Below, in pieces: positions 13,217 to 27,035 of a stretch of DNA of 64,000 nucleotides; positions within the stretch are counted from its first letter, which is position 1; each line of letters begins with the position of its first letter. The stretch is from Malacoraja senta (lineage: Eukaryota): contig CM075990.1 in assembly GCA_038087875.1 (NCBI GenBank), positions 17,796,001-17,860,000 of the forward strand, given 5' to 3'. The position numbers and the translations under genes were made by a program. The notes beneath the pieces are model-generated. The model had not been told where the DNA came from and made no database searches. It worked only from the letters and a program-made list of their open reading frames with translations.

Positions 13217-14828
13217 CAGTGGCTTGCAAAAGTATTCATACCCCTTGAACTTTCCCACATTTTGTCACGTTACAACCACAAACGTAAATGTATTTTATTG
13301 GGATTTTATGTGATAGACCAACACAAAGTGGTGCATAATTGTGAAGTGGAAGGAAAATGATACATGGTTTTCAAATTCTTTTACAAATAAAAAACTGAAA
13401 AGTGTGACGTGCAAAAGTATTCAGCCCCCCTGAGTCAATACTTTGTAGAACCACCTTTCGCTGCAATTACAGCTGCAAGTCTTTTGGGGTATGTCTCTAC
13501 CAGCTTTGCACATCTAGACTGAAATTTTTGCCCATTCTTCTTTGCAAAATAGCTCAAGCTCAGTCAGATTGGATGGAGAGCGTCTGTGAACAGCAATTTT
13601 CGAGTCTTGCCAGAGATTCTCAATTGGATTTAGGTCTGGACTTTGACTGGGCCATTCTAACACATGAATATGCTTTGATCTAAACCATTCCATTGTAGCT
13701 CTGGCTGTATGTTTAGGGTCGTTGTCCTGCTTGAAGGTGAACCTCCGCCCCAGTCTCAAGTCTTTTGCAGACTCTAACAGGTTTTCTTCCAAGATTGCCC
13801 TGTATTTGGCTCCATCCATCTTCCCATCAACTCTGACCAGCTTCCCTGTCCCTGCTGAAGAAAAGCATCCCCACAGCATGATGCTGCCACCACCATGTTT
13901 CACAGTGGGGATGGTGTGTTCAGGGTGATGTGCAGTGTTAGTTTTCCGCCACACATAGCGTTTTGCATTTAGACCAAAAACTTCAATTTTGGTCTCATCT
14001 GACCAGAGCACCTTCCTCCACATGTTTGCTGTGTCCCCCACATGGCTTGTGGCAAACTGCAAATGGGACTTCTTATGGCTTTTTTTCAACAATGGCCTTT
14101 CTTCTTGCCACTCTTCCATAAAGGCCCGATTTGTGGAGTGCACGACTAATAGTTGTCCTGTGGACAGATTCTCCCACCTGAGCTGTGGATCTCTGCAGCT
14201 CCTCCAGAGTTACCATGGGCCTCTTGGCTGCTTCTCTGATCAATGCTCTCTTTGCCCGGCCTGTCAGTTTAGGTGGACGGCCATGTCTTGGTAGGTTTGC
14301 AGTTGTGCCATACTCTTTCCATTTTCGGACGATGGATTGAACAGTGCTCCGTGAGATGTTCAAAGCTTGGGATCTTTTTTTATAACCTAACCCTGCTTTA
14401 AACTTCCCCACAACTTTATCCCTGACCTGTCTGGTGTGTTCCTTGGGCTTCATGATGCTGTTTGTTCACTAATGTTCTCTAACAAACCTCTGAGGCCTTC
14501 ACAGAACAGCTGTATTTATACTGAGATTAGATTACACACGTGGACTATTTACTAATTAGGTGACTTCTGAAGGCAATTGGTTGCACTGGATTTTATTTAG
14601 GGGTATCAGAGTGAAGGGGGCTGAATACTTTTGCACGCCACACTTTTCAGTTTTTTATTTGTAAAAAAATTTGAAAACCATGTATCATTTTCCTTCCACT
14701 TCACAATTATGCGCCACTTTGTGTTGGTCTATCACATAAAATCCCAATAAAATACATTTACGTTTGTGGTTGTAACGTGACAAAATGTGGAAAAGTTCAA
14801 AGGGTATGAATACTTTTGCAAGCCACTG
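13217..14828 (-). mobile_element. Full-length Tc1 (DD34E, IR/DR, Passport/PPTN-like) DNA transposon with frameshifted transposase
   Basis: TA target duplication on both sides and ~210-bp terminal inverted repeats starting CAGTGGCTTGCAAAAGTATTCA. Transposase 14453->13435 has GRPPK, WSDETK, QDNDPKH and SPDLNPIE motifs, with frameshifts near 14096 and 13515. Confidence 0.96.
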
Positions 14829-15860
14829 TATATACTGGCATGGAAATCTCCGGGAACACACACACACACACACAGACAGCCACAGGCAGACACCCTAACT
14901 CACTAATTTGGCAGCGTAGAGCCTTTAGTCAGCATTTGGAATGTCTCCAGATATTACTGTCAAACAGATAGTTTGGGAATATCTACCAGTTAAACATTCA
15001 GAAACGTAAAAGCTAATATAATTAGATTTAAACACTCAAAGACAATTAAACAGATTAAAGCTAACTCAATTAATTTAAAAGACACATCACCTGAAAGTTG
15101 CCTCTTAGCTATTCCTTCCACGTGAAATGAATGGATTCACTGAACCCAAGGCAGGTTGACTGAAGCCCAATGGAGTGCTGTCGGCATATCATCGGTGACC
15201 CCTTCTGAGGAAGCTTGGGACTTCACTGTTCACACATGCTTCCTGACAGAGGTAAATCCAGGATATCATCCTGAATTATATAGGTCTTGTAATAAAGGCC
15301 ATTTGACTAGTTTGTTTCCAATAGTTTTGCATCAATGACAAATTTAAAGTTAGTTAAGTTTAGTCATCATTCAGTTTTTAAACTGACCAGTAACCAATAA
15401 AAGGAATTGTTGGGAAGCAGTTAGTACCTTTGAATGCTACAAGCTATGCAACAGCTCTGAAACCTTTGAAGCTTCAGAGGATTATGCCCATGATTACCAA
15501 AGTGCTAGTCACATGGTCCTTGAAATTCCAATGCTTGTCCTTTATGGTTTTTGTGGCATTTCATAGTTTGCTCTTAGAACAGGAGAATTTCACAAGAGCA
15601 CAATAGATATTTAACAATATGTATCCAATATATTTTCCATGTACATCTTTTTTAACATGCAAATGTTCCATGATTTTCACAAATGGTCCCCCACTAAACA
15701 TTAGAACATTGACTTCCTGAAAATTAACGGTCAGAATACGAATGCACAAAGTTCATCATTTGTTGTGAACAGAGATGCATGACGACCAAAAACACAGTCG
15801 ATTCTCAAATGCTTTTTAGAATGCAAAAGACCAAAATGTAGGAAATCTAGAGAACTGCAA

Positions 15861-16174
15861 GGGCAGCACAGTGGTCAAGCTGGTAGAGCTGCTGTCTCAC
15901 AGCACCAGACCCAGGTTCGATCCTGATCTCGGGTGCTGTCTGTATGGAGTTTGCACGTTCTCCTTCTGACCACGAGGGTTTCCTCCGGCGGCTCCGATTT
16001 CCTCCCACATCCCAAAGACCTGCAGGTTTGTAGGTTAATTGGCCTCTGTAAATTGCCCCAAATGTGTAGGAAGCGGATGAAAAAGTGGGATCACCTAGAA
16101 CTAGTGTGAACGGTTGGCATAGACTTGTTGGGCCAAAGAGCCCGTTTCCATACTGCATCTCTAAACTAAACTAA
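15861..16174 (+). mobile_element. tRNA-derived V-SINE (HE1-like)
   Basis: A box (TGGTCAAGCTGG), B box (GGTTCGATCC), V-domain (GGAGTTTGCACGTTCTCC...GGGTTTCCTCCGG) and a (CTAAA)n tail. Confidence 0.88.
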
Positions 16175-16934
16175 GCTTTAATTTCCAAAGATCAGCAGTG
16201 CAGCTTTGGCATTGTATAAATGAGAGAAGCAGTCTGATCCCCATTGCACGAAACAGTGTTCACCAAATGGTGCCTGGCTTGGGTTTAGCAAATCACCAGA
16301 CAGGAAGCAATGATTAGGACTGTGATTGTCAGAGCAGCAGGTGCAGAGTGCCCAGTCACTCCACATCACTCTGCAGAACAGCAGCTTATCCAAATATGGA
16401 GAAATTAAATACACTGATTACAGGCATGCTTTCTGTCTGCATACCGTTGTAAAATAGGTGCAGAATTGCAAGAGAAATTCATTTAACATTAATTTAGTTT
16501 ACATAACATGCACACAGAGGGTGTTATATGGAAAGAGCTTTCAGACAAAGTGGTTGACACAGGTACAATAACATTTAGACACTAGGGCAGGTTCATGGAA
16601 AATATAGGTTTAGAGGGGTATGGATCAAATATGGACAAATGGGACTAGCATTGAAACTTGGTCAGTAAGGATGGGTTGAGCTGACATGCTGTACAATTCT
16701 ACAATGATTTAATAGTAATGATAGTAATGATTTAATAGATTAGAGATTGAAAAGCTACAAAAAATCAGAGCCTGCTGGGAACAGATTTGCCAGGATGCTT
16801 CAGGAGCCCAAACCACAGGTGCTCCATTTTGATGAGGTAACCCACATTCCCCAATGACTCCAGCATGCCTCCTACTCACTTGTGGTCAATTTACTGTAAA
16901 AGCATACTTTATCATCACATTATGTAATGCTTAC

Positions 16935-17509
16935 CTATCCAGGAATATGTCTGGTAGGGGTGGATAGGTTTGCATGTCAGGGACACGTTCGTGAACTATT
17001 ACCATCACAATCGATGTAAACCCGAAGACTATAAACACATAAATAGAACTCAAAATAGTCTTCCAGTACTCGGGGTCAATTCTTCGTGTTTGATGTTTGT
17101 GGTATTTACCATTCTGAAATTGTTCACTATTCGCGTCTCCAACAGAACCACCACTGTCCCCAAAGTGTTCCACACCATTGCACTGACAGTCCTTGCTTTG
17201 TGAAGTGTTTGTGGCACATGAAACATTACCAGGACAATCGTCACTCGTGTAACCCATCTCTGTCAGGACATCTTTGTGCTGTTTTTGCAGTTTCCGAATA
17301 GATACCATTAACCTTTTAATATCACCCAACACTTTCAGTTCTAAAGGTGGGCAGCGTAAATCATATTCAGTCAAAGTTAACAGGGCGACACCATCCAGTC
17401 TGTGCTTATTACACAGGAGATCGACATAATCGCTGAAGCCTTCCTCCTTTAGCCACTTGGCTACATGTTTGCTGCTCCAGCGTCTGATATTAAACTGGCT
17501 TCCCATCAT
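16935..17509 (-). CDS. SAMD8: SAMD8 first coding exon (SAM domain and first transmembrane segment)
   Basis: [25 protein letters not shown]...LGDIKRL...[19 protein letters not shown]. Acceptor ccag| at 17516 and donor |gtaagc at 16934. The five exons total 1245 nt, giving 414 aa. Confidence 0.97.
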
Positions 17510-17828
17510 GGTTCAACTGGAAAAAAACAAACAAAAGGTCTTCATTGTGTGGAATTACACATCTGATTTAACAGAATTTAGTCGAGTGAAAAAATACTTC
17601 AAATAATATTACATATACTTAGATATTACACATGTGAAGGTTCCTCATTTACATAAATACTTCAAATTAAGACGTGGCTTGTTCCTTAGGGTCTCGGCCT
17701 TTCAAGGATAGAATGTTTTGTACTATAAAGTGAATTCACACTGGATACCACAACATTGTGGTAATCTCCCTTGCTTCATTGAAGGAAATACAATCCCACT
17801 GTCGGCTGCATCACAACAGACAGCTGAA

Positions 17829-18605
17829 GCATAGAACATAGACATGGAATATAGAACAGGATTGGGCCCTTCGGCCCACAATGATTGAGCCGAGCTTGAA
17901 GTTAAACTGATTTCATCTGCCGATACATGATCTATATTCTTCTATTCATTTCACTTCCAAGTGACTATCTAAAAGTCTCTTAAACATCACTATCGTATCT
18001 GCCTCCACCACCACCTTTGGCAATTTGTTCCAGGTCTCCACAACTCTCTGTAAAAAAACTTGCCCCGCGCATATCCATTAAACTTCTCCCTCTTATTTTA
18101 TAGATATGCCCTCCAGTGTTGGAGATTTCCACCCTAAGGAAGAAAGGTTCTGACTAGCTACGCTATCTATGCCTCTCATAATTTTATATACTTCTTTCAA
18201 GTCTCCCCTCAACTTCCGACATTCCAGAGAAAACAATCCAAGTTTATCCAGCTTCACCTTGTAGCTGAAACCCTCTCAGGCAGCATTCTGGTAAACTTTC
18301 TCTACACCTTCTTCAAAGCCTCCACATCCTTCCTCTAATGGGGCGAACAGAACTGCACACAATACTCCAAATACAGCCTAACCAAAGTCTTACTTTGTTG
18401 CATCATGGTTTCTTTACTCTTATACTCATTGCCCCCAATAATGATGGCAAGCCTTCTTTACCACCCTACTTCCTTGTGCTGCCATCTTCAGTGAGCTATG
18501 AATATGGACTTCCAAATGCCTTTGTGCATCAATACTGTTAAGAGTCTTGCCATTAACTATATGCTCCCCTTACATTCTACCTCACACTTGCTTGGATTAA
18601 ACTCC
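17829..18605 (-). mobile_element. CR1 LINE 3' fragment
   Basis: (CATAGAA)-type tail, GGCCCTTCGGCCCA 3' hairpin and CR1 ORF2 C-terminal remnants. Confidence 0.8.
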
Positions 18606-18709
18606 CCTCAATAATGGGATAGATTCCATCAGGCCCTTATCCACCTAAATGCTCTTCAAGAGCCACAGCGCCACCTCCTACTCTCAAACTGCTCTAGAAA
18701 TTTCTATTT

Positions 18710-18985
18710 AGATTAGTTTAGAGATATAGCATGGAAACAGGCCCCTCGGCCTACCGAGTCCACGCTGACCAGTGATAATCCGTACACTAGTTCTATCCTA
18801 AATATTAGGGACAACTTGCAGAAGCCAATTAACGCGCAAACCTGCACGTCTTTGAAATGCAAATGGAAACCGGTGCACATAGAGAAAATCCATGCAGTCA
18901 CAGGGAGAACGTACAAACTCCATACAGACAGCACCTAGGGTCAGGATCGAATCCAGGTCTCTACCGCTGCGCCACTGTGTCGCCC
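18710..18985 (-). mobile_element. V-SINE (HE1-like)
   Basis: Reverse complement of the same family as 15861-16174. Confidence 0.85.
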
Positions 18986-19029
18986 TAATTCTCCATACTG
19001 ATCTCGCTGCTCCCCAAGTCCTCCTCAGT

Positions 19030-19750
19030 GAATACAGATGCAACATACTTATTTACCACCTCATCTACATCCTCCGACTCCAAGCATTGACACCTACACT
19101 CCTTTATCCGAGCGGTCTAACCTTCTCCCTGGTCACCCTCTTCTTTAACATATGTATAAAAAGCCTGGGGATTTTCCTTAATCCGATTTGCCAATGACTT
19201 TTCATTGCCCTTCTAATCGCCCGTTTGAGTTATTTCCTACTAGCTTTATATTCCACATAAGCCCGTCTAACACAACTTTCTTAAATCTGACATTCACTTA
19301 TTTTTTCTTCCTGACCAAGTTTACAACCTCCTTGGTCATCCACGGTTCCCTTACCGGAACATGCTGATCCTGCACTGTGATCAGCTGGCCTTTAAACAAC
19401 TCCCACATGTCCTCTGTGGCCTTACCCAATAACAACTGCTCCCAATCTACCGTCCTTAGCTCCTGCTGAACGACATTGTCATCTGTCTTGCACCAATTAA
19501 GTATCTTCCCCTGACATCCAGACTTGTCCCTATTCAAAACAATCTTAAAACTTATGGTTTCACTATCTCCAAATTCTTCTTGCACCACAACAGCAGTCAC
19601 CTGGCCAGGCTTGTTTCCCAATACAAGGTCCAGTATGGTCCCTCCTCGAGTCAGATATCTACATACTGTGTAAGGAAACCTCTTAGATACACCTAAAACA
19701 TTTGGCCCTGTCTAATCCTCTTGCACTAAGTACCAGTCAATATTGGGGAC
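19030..19750 (-). mobile_element. Decayed CR1 ORF2 internal fragment
   Basis: ORF 19298..19621 (DWEQLLLGK...MWELFK...PWMT) resembles the CR1 endonuclease-RT linker. Confidence 0.7.
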
Positions 19751-19894
19751 CAAATTAACATTTTAAAACCATTTCCCCCATCCCATAGAAATGGCACACC
19801 CATTCCTGCTGCAAGCACTAAATCTAATTTGACCAGACATGCATTTAGCAAGATGATTAGTTGAGCTTAGAGATACAACAAGTATCTCGATCCT

Positions 19895-20200
19895 CAGCAT
19901 GGAAATGAGCTCATTGGCTCACTGAGGCTACGCTGACCATCGATCACCCGTTCACATTAGTTTCATGTTATCCCACTTTCCCATTCACACACTACATTGT
20001 AGGGGCAATTTACAGAGGCCAATTAACCTACAACATATAAACCTGCATTGCCTTCATGATGTGGGAGAAATCCAGAGCACCCGGAGGAAACCCATGCGGT
20101 TATAGGGGGAACGTGCAATCTTCAAAAACACCACACGAGGTCAGGATCAAACCTGGGTCTCTGGCATTCTGAAGCAGCAGCTCTACCAGCTGTGCCACTG
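19895..20200 (-). mobile_element. V-SINE (HE1-like)
   Basis: Same family as 15861-16174, on the reverse strand. Confidence 0.82.
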
Positions 20201-23200
20201 CATTTTACAATGAGTTCATATTTACTGGAACTCACCTTTGGATTTCTTTTTCCATAAACACTATCAAGTTTAAAATGCAAATATTTGTGTAAAAATATCC
20301 AAATGTACTACAAAACCAATCCTAATTGTTTTTTAGTTAATCTAATTCAATGCACTAAACAAAGAGTGAACAACATCTCTTGTATTAGTTTCTGTCGTTT
20401 ATAACTCAGTCCAGCCCTGCTGAACAAGTAACCAACCACTCCTCAGTCACAAATATCATATGTTAAGCATTAGAAAATCAGTATTATCCTGCAGCCAACA
20501 AGAATGTTATGGGGAAACAAGGAACTGTAGATGCTGGTGCACAAAAGACAAAGTGCTGGAATAACTCAGTTGGACAGGCAGCATCTCTGGAGAACTTGGA
20601 TAGGGTTATGCCACATGGTCTACCCCAACACATTTCATACTTCCAAGACGGAGCGGAGATGACCTCATACTCTTCATATCACAAAGATTTCTACAGCTAT
20701 CACTTGCCGACTCTCTCTCACTTCAACCAATCTAACAACTGTCTCCAGACTCCTATATTCCATACTTCCAAGTCACACTTATCTAAAGCTTGGATACATG
20801 TAAAGCCCACTGCCACCATCCTAATTACCAACATAGTATTGTTCTATCCCTGTGACTGGATAAACGGAGTGATTGGGAATTTGAAGGATTGAAACTAAAC
20901 TGCTTCCATAGCAACATTTATATTTTTTAAATACAGTCAAGAGTTTGGGTCAAGTGGGATGGCAATCCCAGTTGTACTTAGTCTGAAGAGTAAAGTTAAA
21001 GGAGCTTACCTGACCTTACGTACAGCTCTGCTCAGCCTCCTCACTGAAGCCTCACAAGTCAAAGCTCAGCACTTCAGCCCAAATATCTTCAGTCTGAAGA
21101 AGGGTCTCGCCCATTCCTTCTCTCCAGAGATGCTACCTGACCCGCTGAGTTACTCCAGCACTCTGTGATGCTGCCTGACCCGCTGAGTTACTCTGTGTCG
21201 ACACACAGCTAATCACAATGCGGCTGCTCTAAAATACTCGAGTGATTACTGTGGCAAAGATCTATATCCAATTAATTTTTTGCATTTATGCCGGAGGACA
21301 ACCAGGTCAGTCTGAGAAATATGTTACTCTTACCAAAGGGTAGCAGTCACTATCCTTATATCATCCGATTCCACCAATGAGAAACACACACACCTCTGAC
21401 GATAGCCCACTTGACGAACTCTTGACTGTACTCTTTAAATATAAATGTTGCTGAAGATGCAGTTTAGTTTCAATCTGACTTTTGCACTTGCACCTGCACA
21501 TAAACCAGGATGACACAGCTAAACATGCTCTGTCAACTCTAACCCCTACCTTGCTTTCAGCTACTGCAAATCACTCCCGATTCACCCATTTCTGTCCGAC
21601 TATTAAAGGCATCACTTCATTTGTTTCTAAATTTACATCTGTCATCTTGCAGAAATAAGGATGTGCCATTTAGAAGCTACATAAGCAAAGGTCAAATCTT
21701 AACTCAGAATTAACATTAGGTATTTGATCCAAGTAAAAATAATTAATTTGCAGGCTTTTAAATTAAAGTAGTTTAATTGAGGTAACATTCAGTATTTCCA
21801 ATCCTTTCTGATATCATAATGTAACCATAATCTTCATGTGAAGTTCATATCACATACTACTCAGCAAATGCTATTAATATTTGCACAAAAGACAATGCAA
21901 AAGTGGGGCAAGTGTGCAGCCAGCATGCCCTTACTCCTATCTTTCTCAAAAACAATGATATTTACTGTGGGGCACTGTTTAACCACTCTCCCTAGAACCT
22001 CACTTCAGTCCCCATCATCCAAACCCCCTCCCGGTGGATTTAAACAGTGCCCAGAGTAGGATTGCCCTTCACTCAGTAGAAGGTAAGGCTACAAATTTCA
22101 GCAACAAAACTGTCTCACAATGTCGGTTTTGGTACTAAATAAAGGTAAGGTTAAATTGAAACCAAGGTAGTCATAATCCACGCAGAGATAGAACAATACC
22201 AGAGGTTGTGGGGAGACTTGTTAAAAGTGTATAAAATGATGAGAGGCATAGATAGGATAGACAATCAAAACATTTTTTTTCCCCAGGATGGAAATATCAA
22301 ATACTAGAGGGCATAACTTCAAGGTGAGAGGGACAAAGTTTAAATGAGATGTGCAGGGCAAGATTTTGTCTATGGTTAGCAGCTATTCACTGATGCAATC
22401 AGCTTTCAGTAAGTTGATTGATATGCCACTCTCAACCAGAACTGACAATGGTATTCATTACTAATATATCAGAGGATTATTAAAGCACACACTGACGGTA
22501 CTGTTTCAGCAACTCTCGCCACTTTGTTCCAAAGTCCCCTGGACACGTAATGTTCTAATCTGTGCCTAAATGCCCTATATCTTCAAAATTCCTTCTGAGC
22601 AAAGGGCAAAAGATAACATTTTCTATTGCACAAAATACTTCTCAGCATCCTTTGTCCATTTAGCTCATGAAGGAATTTGTGGGACTTTGGAACAGATTGG
22701 AAAGGTTGCTACTACGTGGTAGTCAGGAGGAACCTCACACAGAGGTAGCTGGCTGTTGTTGTTGAAGGCTTCAGCACCTCATCTCAGGAAGCCAAGCCAT
22801 CAGAAGTTCAGAAGCATTCAACTCCACTCTCAAAACCTCAGCAAATGAAAAAGCCAACGGCTGCCATGCAGCAAGACATCATTCAGACATGGGATATGTG
22901 ACAAGAACATACAAACCAAGATTGCTGCAGTTCACAAGGTCATCTCCAACAAGAAAATGTAACCACTTACCTTTTGCATTCAATAGCATTACCATTGTAG
23001 AGCTCCCCGGCATCAACAGCCTGGGGAAGGGCAATTGTCACCACTGACCAAAAGCTCGCCACATTGCATAAATACTGTGAGAGCATTTATAAAAGCAAGT
23101 CAGAGACTGCGTACTCTGCAGCACATGCCCTATCGACCAAAAATCAAAACCTTTCCACTGTCTACTTAATACAGCTCAAGCAATAATCAACAAGGTGGCA

Positions 23201-24689
23201 GCATCCAGGACATGCAGCTTGCTTGGCTAGTTGTCTGCTCACCATCCTCTATCACTAGCTGCAGTGTACTGCTGTGACTCACTGAGGCTACTCCTCCAGC
23301 ACCTCATAAACACGGTGACCTCCAGCACCACAAACAAGGGCTTCAAGCACATGGGAACACCACCAACAGGATATATCCCTCCAAGAAGCACACCATATTC
23401 AAAATATATCATCGATCATCACTGGATCAAAACCTAGAAACTCACAACCCAACAACATTACGAAGCATCTTCACCAGGTGAACTTCAGTAGCTAAGGTGC
23501 TCACCACCATCGTCCACTTACACAAGCACAATAATGGATAGGCATTAAATGCTGGCATTGCCACTGATGGCCACATCCCAAAGAATACCAGGAACGTTCG
23601 GGAGGATAGGTTACATTTCATTTGATGGAAACATTAAAAAGCATTTTTTAGCACATATTTTTCTAAGACTGACAATTTAAACCAGCGCATTAAAAGTCAC
23701 GCAAAATGACTGCGAATATTAGTAACTAGGACCTATTTTAAAAACAATAATGGCAAAGGTACTCTGCAGCAAATTATAATTAATCTCCATTCAAGGTTAG
23801 ACTCACTCTTTGCAAACCAGTTCCCACTGCGCATTATTCTCTCACTAAATTTACAGGTATCTTTAATATAAATAGAATGTACCATTAAAAATGCAGAAAA
23901 ATCCACTCAAAAATCAGTATCAACCCACAAATGCCAGGCAACAGCAAGAACTGGTTTAGGGAAAGCATCATATATATTTTATAATCAGATGATGTCAATG
24001 TTAATATTGTAGTTTTTATACAGAGTACAGTGTATATAACTTCATATGCACAATGGGGAAAGAATGTCAGAAGTAAACAGCAATTTCTGTCTGAAGCCCA
24101 AATGAACATGCCACATGCTGGGACAAATACACTGACTTGCTCGTAATAATTCTACAAAAATCCCTCCACATGTAGTCTCATGAGGCTTTCACTGTGTGGG
24201 TCTGAAGGCATGGTGTGGATGATCTATCTCATAGTTGCTGCAAGCCATTAATTGGTTCTTAGCATTTCTAGAAATTATACATCAAAATATTATTATTTTT
24301 TTAAACTGGAAAACACCTTTTGACAAAAACTAGCCAAATTGAACCATATTTAATTATGACAAAAGTCAAACCTATTCCAGTCCTGCAGGGGTGCAACAAT
24401 AAAACTCTGATCCAATCACGAGTTTGAAATTGACAGACTGATGAGAACATTGCCATTGAGTAAGCACTGACATACCACACCTTGATGACGTGTTCATGAG
24501 TTGGTGCACTTGCTGTGCTGATAAATTGCAGCCTGTTTGCAAACTAACAGCATCAGCTACTTTTATGGCTGGGTACTTCATTGCATGCAGTGTAAACACT
24601 ATCCACCACAAATTTGTTTTTAAACACTTAACAATTAAATAGCATTAACAACTCTAAGCAAAAGGCAAAAAAGCAGAACTTGAGGGCAG

Positions 24690-26680
24690 GAATCTTGTGG
24701 TTAAACCCAGTGCTTGTGCTAATGAAGGGAGGAATAGGATAGGACACACGAATGAGGCGGCTGAGGAGTTGGTGCAGGGGGCAGTGACTCAGATTTTTTT
24801 GACCGTTCAGATTTCTGAGGCGGAGGTGACCTGTAAAAGAGAAATGAGTTGCACCTGAACAGGAGGGGGGCATTGCTACAAGGGAGGGTTTAAACTAGAT
24901 TAGCAGGGGGTTGGGATTCAAAGCAGTAGGAAGTTAGATGAGAGACTGGAGGTTGTTATTAAAGTCAAAAAGAGCAAGTTCTGTTGACAAAACAGGCAGG
25001 AGCATAGCAGGGAGCAAAGACTAGTGGATTTATTTGCATTTATTTTAATACAAGAGGCCTGTCAAGCAAGACGGATGAACTCAGGGCATGGACAGCTTTG
25101 TGGGACTTTAGATATTATAGCCAATACAGATACATAGCTAAGGGAGATGGACTGGCAGCTAAATGTTCCAGGGTTCAGGTGCTGCAGGCAGGACAGAGTT
25201 GAAGAGAGGAGGAAATTTTGTATTTTGATTTTATTAGAACATTACAATAATAGTCTGAGGCAAAATTGCTGAGGGATCATCTAGTGAAGGGATGGAGCTG
25301 AGAAATAAGGGGATGATCACCTTGTTGGGATTGTACTGTAAGCCTCCAAATAGTCAATGGGAATTAGAAGAAAAATATACCAAGTAATTACAGACAGCTG
25401 TAAGAATAACTGGGGTGTCACAGCAAGGGATTTTACCTTTATTAATATAAACTGGGACATGAGTTTAGATCAGGTGGAATTTATTAAATATGTTCAGGAA
25501 AGGTTTCCTCGGGCAATATATAGAGGGTCCTACTAGGGAGAGGCAAATTCACTGGAAAGAATACTGAGGGATAGGATATACGTGTTATTGGATAGATAGG
25601 GACTGATTAGGGAGTCATCATGGCTTTGTGCGTGAGAGACCCTGTCTCACAGATTTGATTTGAGTTTTTTTAACAAGTAACCAAGAAGGCTAATGGGCCC
25701 GGGTGGTAGATGCAGTGGACTTCAGCTAGGCCTTTGATAAGGTTCAGAATGGTAGGCTGCTCTCGAAGATACATAATAGGCTTGATGGTATGAAGCAGAG
25801 GGTGGGAGTGAAAGGTTGTTTTTTAGACTAAAGACCTGTGACAAGTGGTGTGCCTCACGGATTGGTGCTGGGTCCATTGTTGTTTGTCATCTATATCAAC
25901 ACATGCTGAGAATGCATAATGATGTGAATTTGTCGGTGACAATAGATGGTATTGTATACAGTGAAGGATATTATCTAGAATGACACTGATTAGCTGGGTA
26001 AGTGGACAAAGTCATAGGATCGTAGAGCACAGAAATGACCTTCAGGCCAACTTCTCCATGCCAACCAACATGCCCCATCTAAGCTTTACTCCAATTTGCC
26101 TGCAGTTGGTCCATATCCCTCCAAACCACTCCTTAGATATTCCTGTCCAAGTGTCTTAATGCTATTATAATATCTGCCTCAATTATCCACTCTGGCAGCT
26201 CATTTCACCCTCGAAGTGAAAAAGGTTGCCTCTCTGGTTTGAATTAAAAGAAATGGCAAATAAAGTTTAATTGAGATGAGCATAAGGCATTGCATTTTCA
26301 TACGGCAATGCAGAATAGGACTTAATATAGTGAATAAGAAGGCTTTTAGCTTGCTGGCTTTCACCATTAAGGACATGAATATTGAAGTGGGACATTATGT
26401 TACAGTTGTACAAGACGCTGGTGAAGCAGTTGAGTTTTTTATCCAGGGTTGGGGAATGAAAAAATATAGGGCATAGGTTTAAGGGGAGAGAGGAAAGATT
26501 TTATAGGAACCCAAGCGGCAACTTTTTCACTTAGAGAGTGGTGTGTATATGGAATATGCATTTAACTGGAACAATATTGGAAAGGTTTAGGGGATATGAA
26601 TCAAACGTGGGCAATGAGTAACTTAGATAGGTGCCATGGTCACATGCAAGGATTGGGCATAGGGTTTAATTGGATAAGTA
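24690..26680 (+). mobile_element. Old fragmented CR1 LINE, with an opposite-strand CR1 3' fragment inserted at ~26010-26250
   Basis: Degenerate endonuclease and RT remnants (GACTTCAGCTAGGCCTTTGATAAGG, GTGACAAGTGGTGTGCCTCA) and CR1 3' region. Confidence 0.7.
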
Positions 26681-26769
26681 TGTACCGAAAGCAGTAATTA
26701 GAGACCAAATTTCCTGCCATGAGCAACTCCCCAAAACCTTTCAGTTATCCACAAAGCAATGGTCAACAG

Positions 26770-27035
26770 TTTAGTTCAGAGATACAGCATGGAAACAGGC
26801 CATTCACCCCACCGACCATTGATCATCCGTTCACACTAGTTCTACGTTATCCCACTTTCTCATCCACTCCCCTTACATTAGGGGCAATTTACAATGGCCA
26901 ATTAACCTACAAACCCACATGTCTTTAGGATGTGGGAAGAAACCGAAGTACCCGGAGGAAATTGAAGTACCCAGAGGTCACAGGGAGAATGTGCAAACTT
27001 CACAGTCAGCACCCTAGGTCAAAATTGAACCTGTA
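26770..27035 (-). mobile_element. V-SINE (HE1-like), 5'-truncated
   Basis: Same family as 15861-16174. Confidence 0.8.

Noticed and set aside
15861..15935. tRNA gene
   Set aside because: The A and B boxes belong to the tRNA-derived head of a V-SINE that continues into the V-domain and tail.
21005..21060. Alternative SAMD8 5' exon (minus-strand CAG|GTAAGC donor near 21005-21012; similar donors near 20231 and 22966)
   Set aside because: Consensus donors occur by chance in an 11-kb intron. There is no matching acceptor or promoter evidence.
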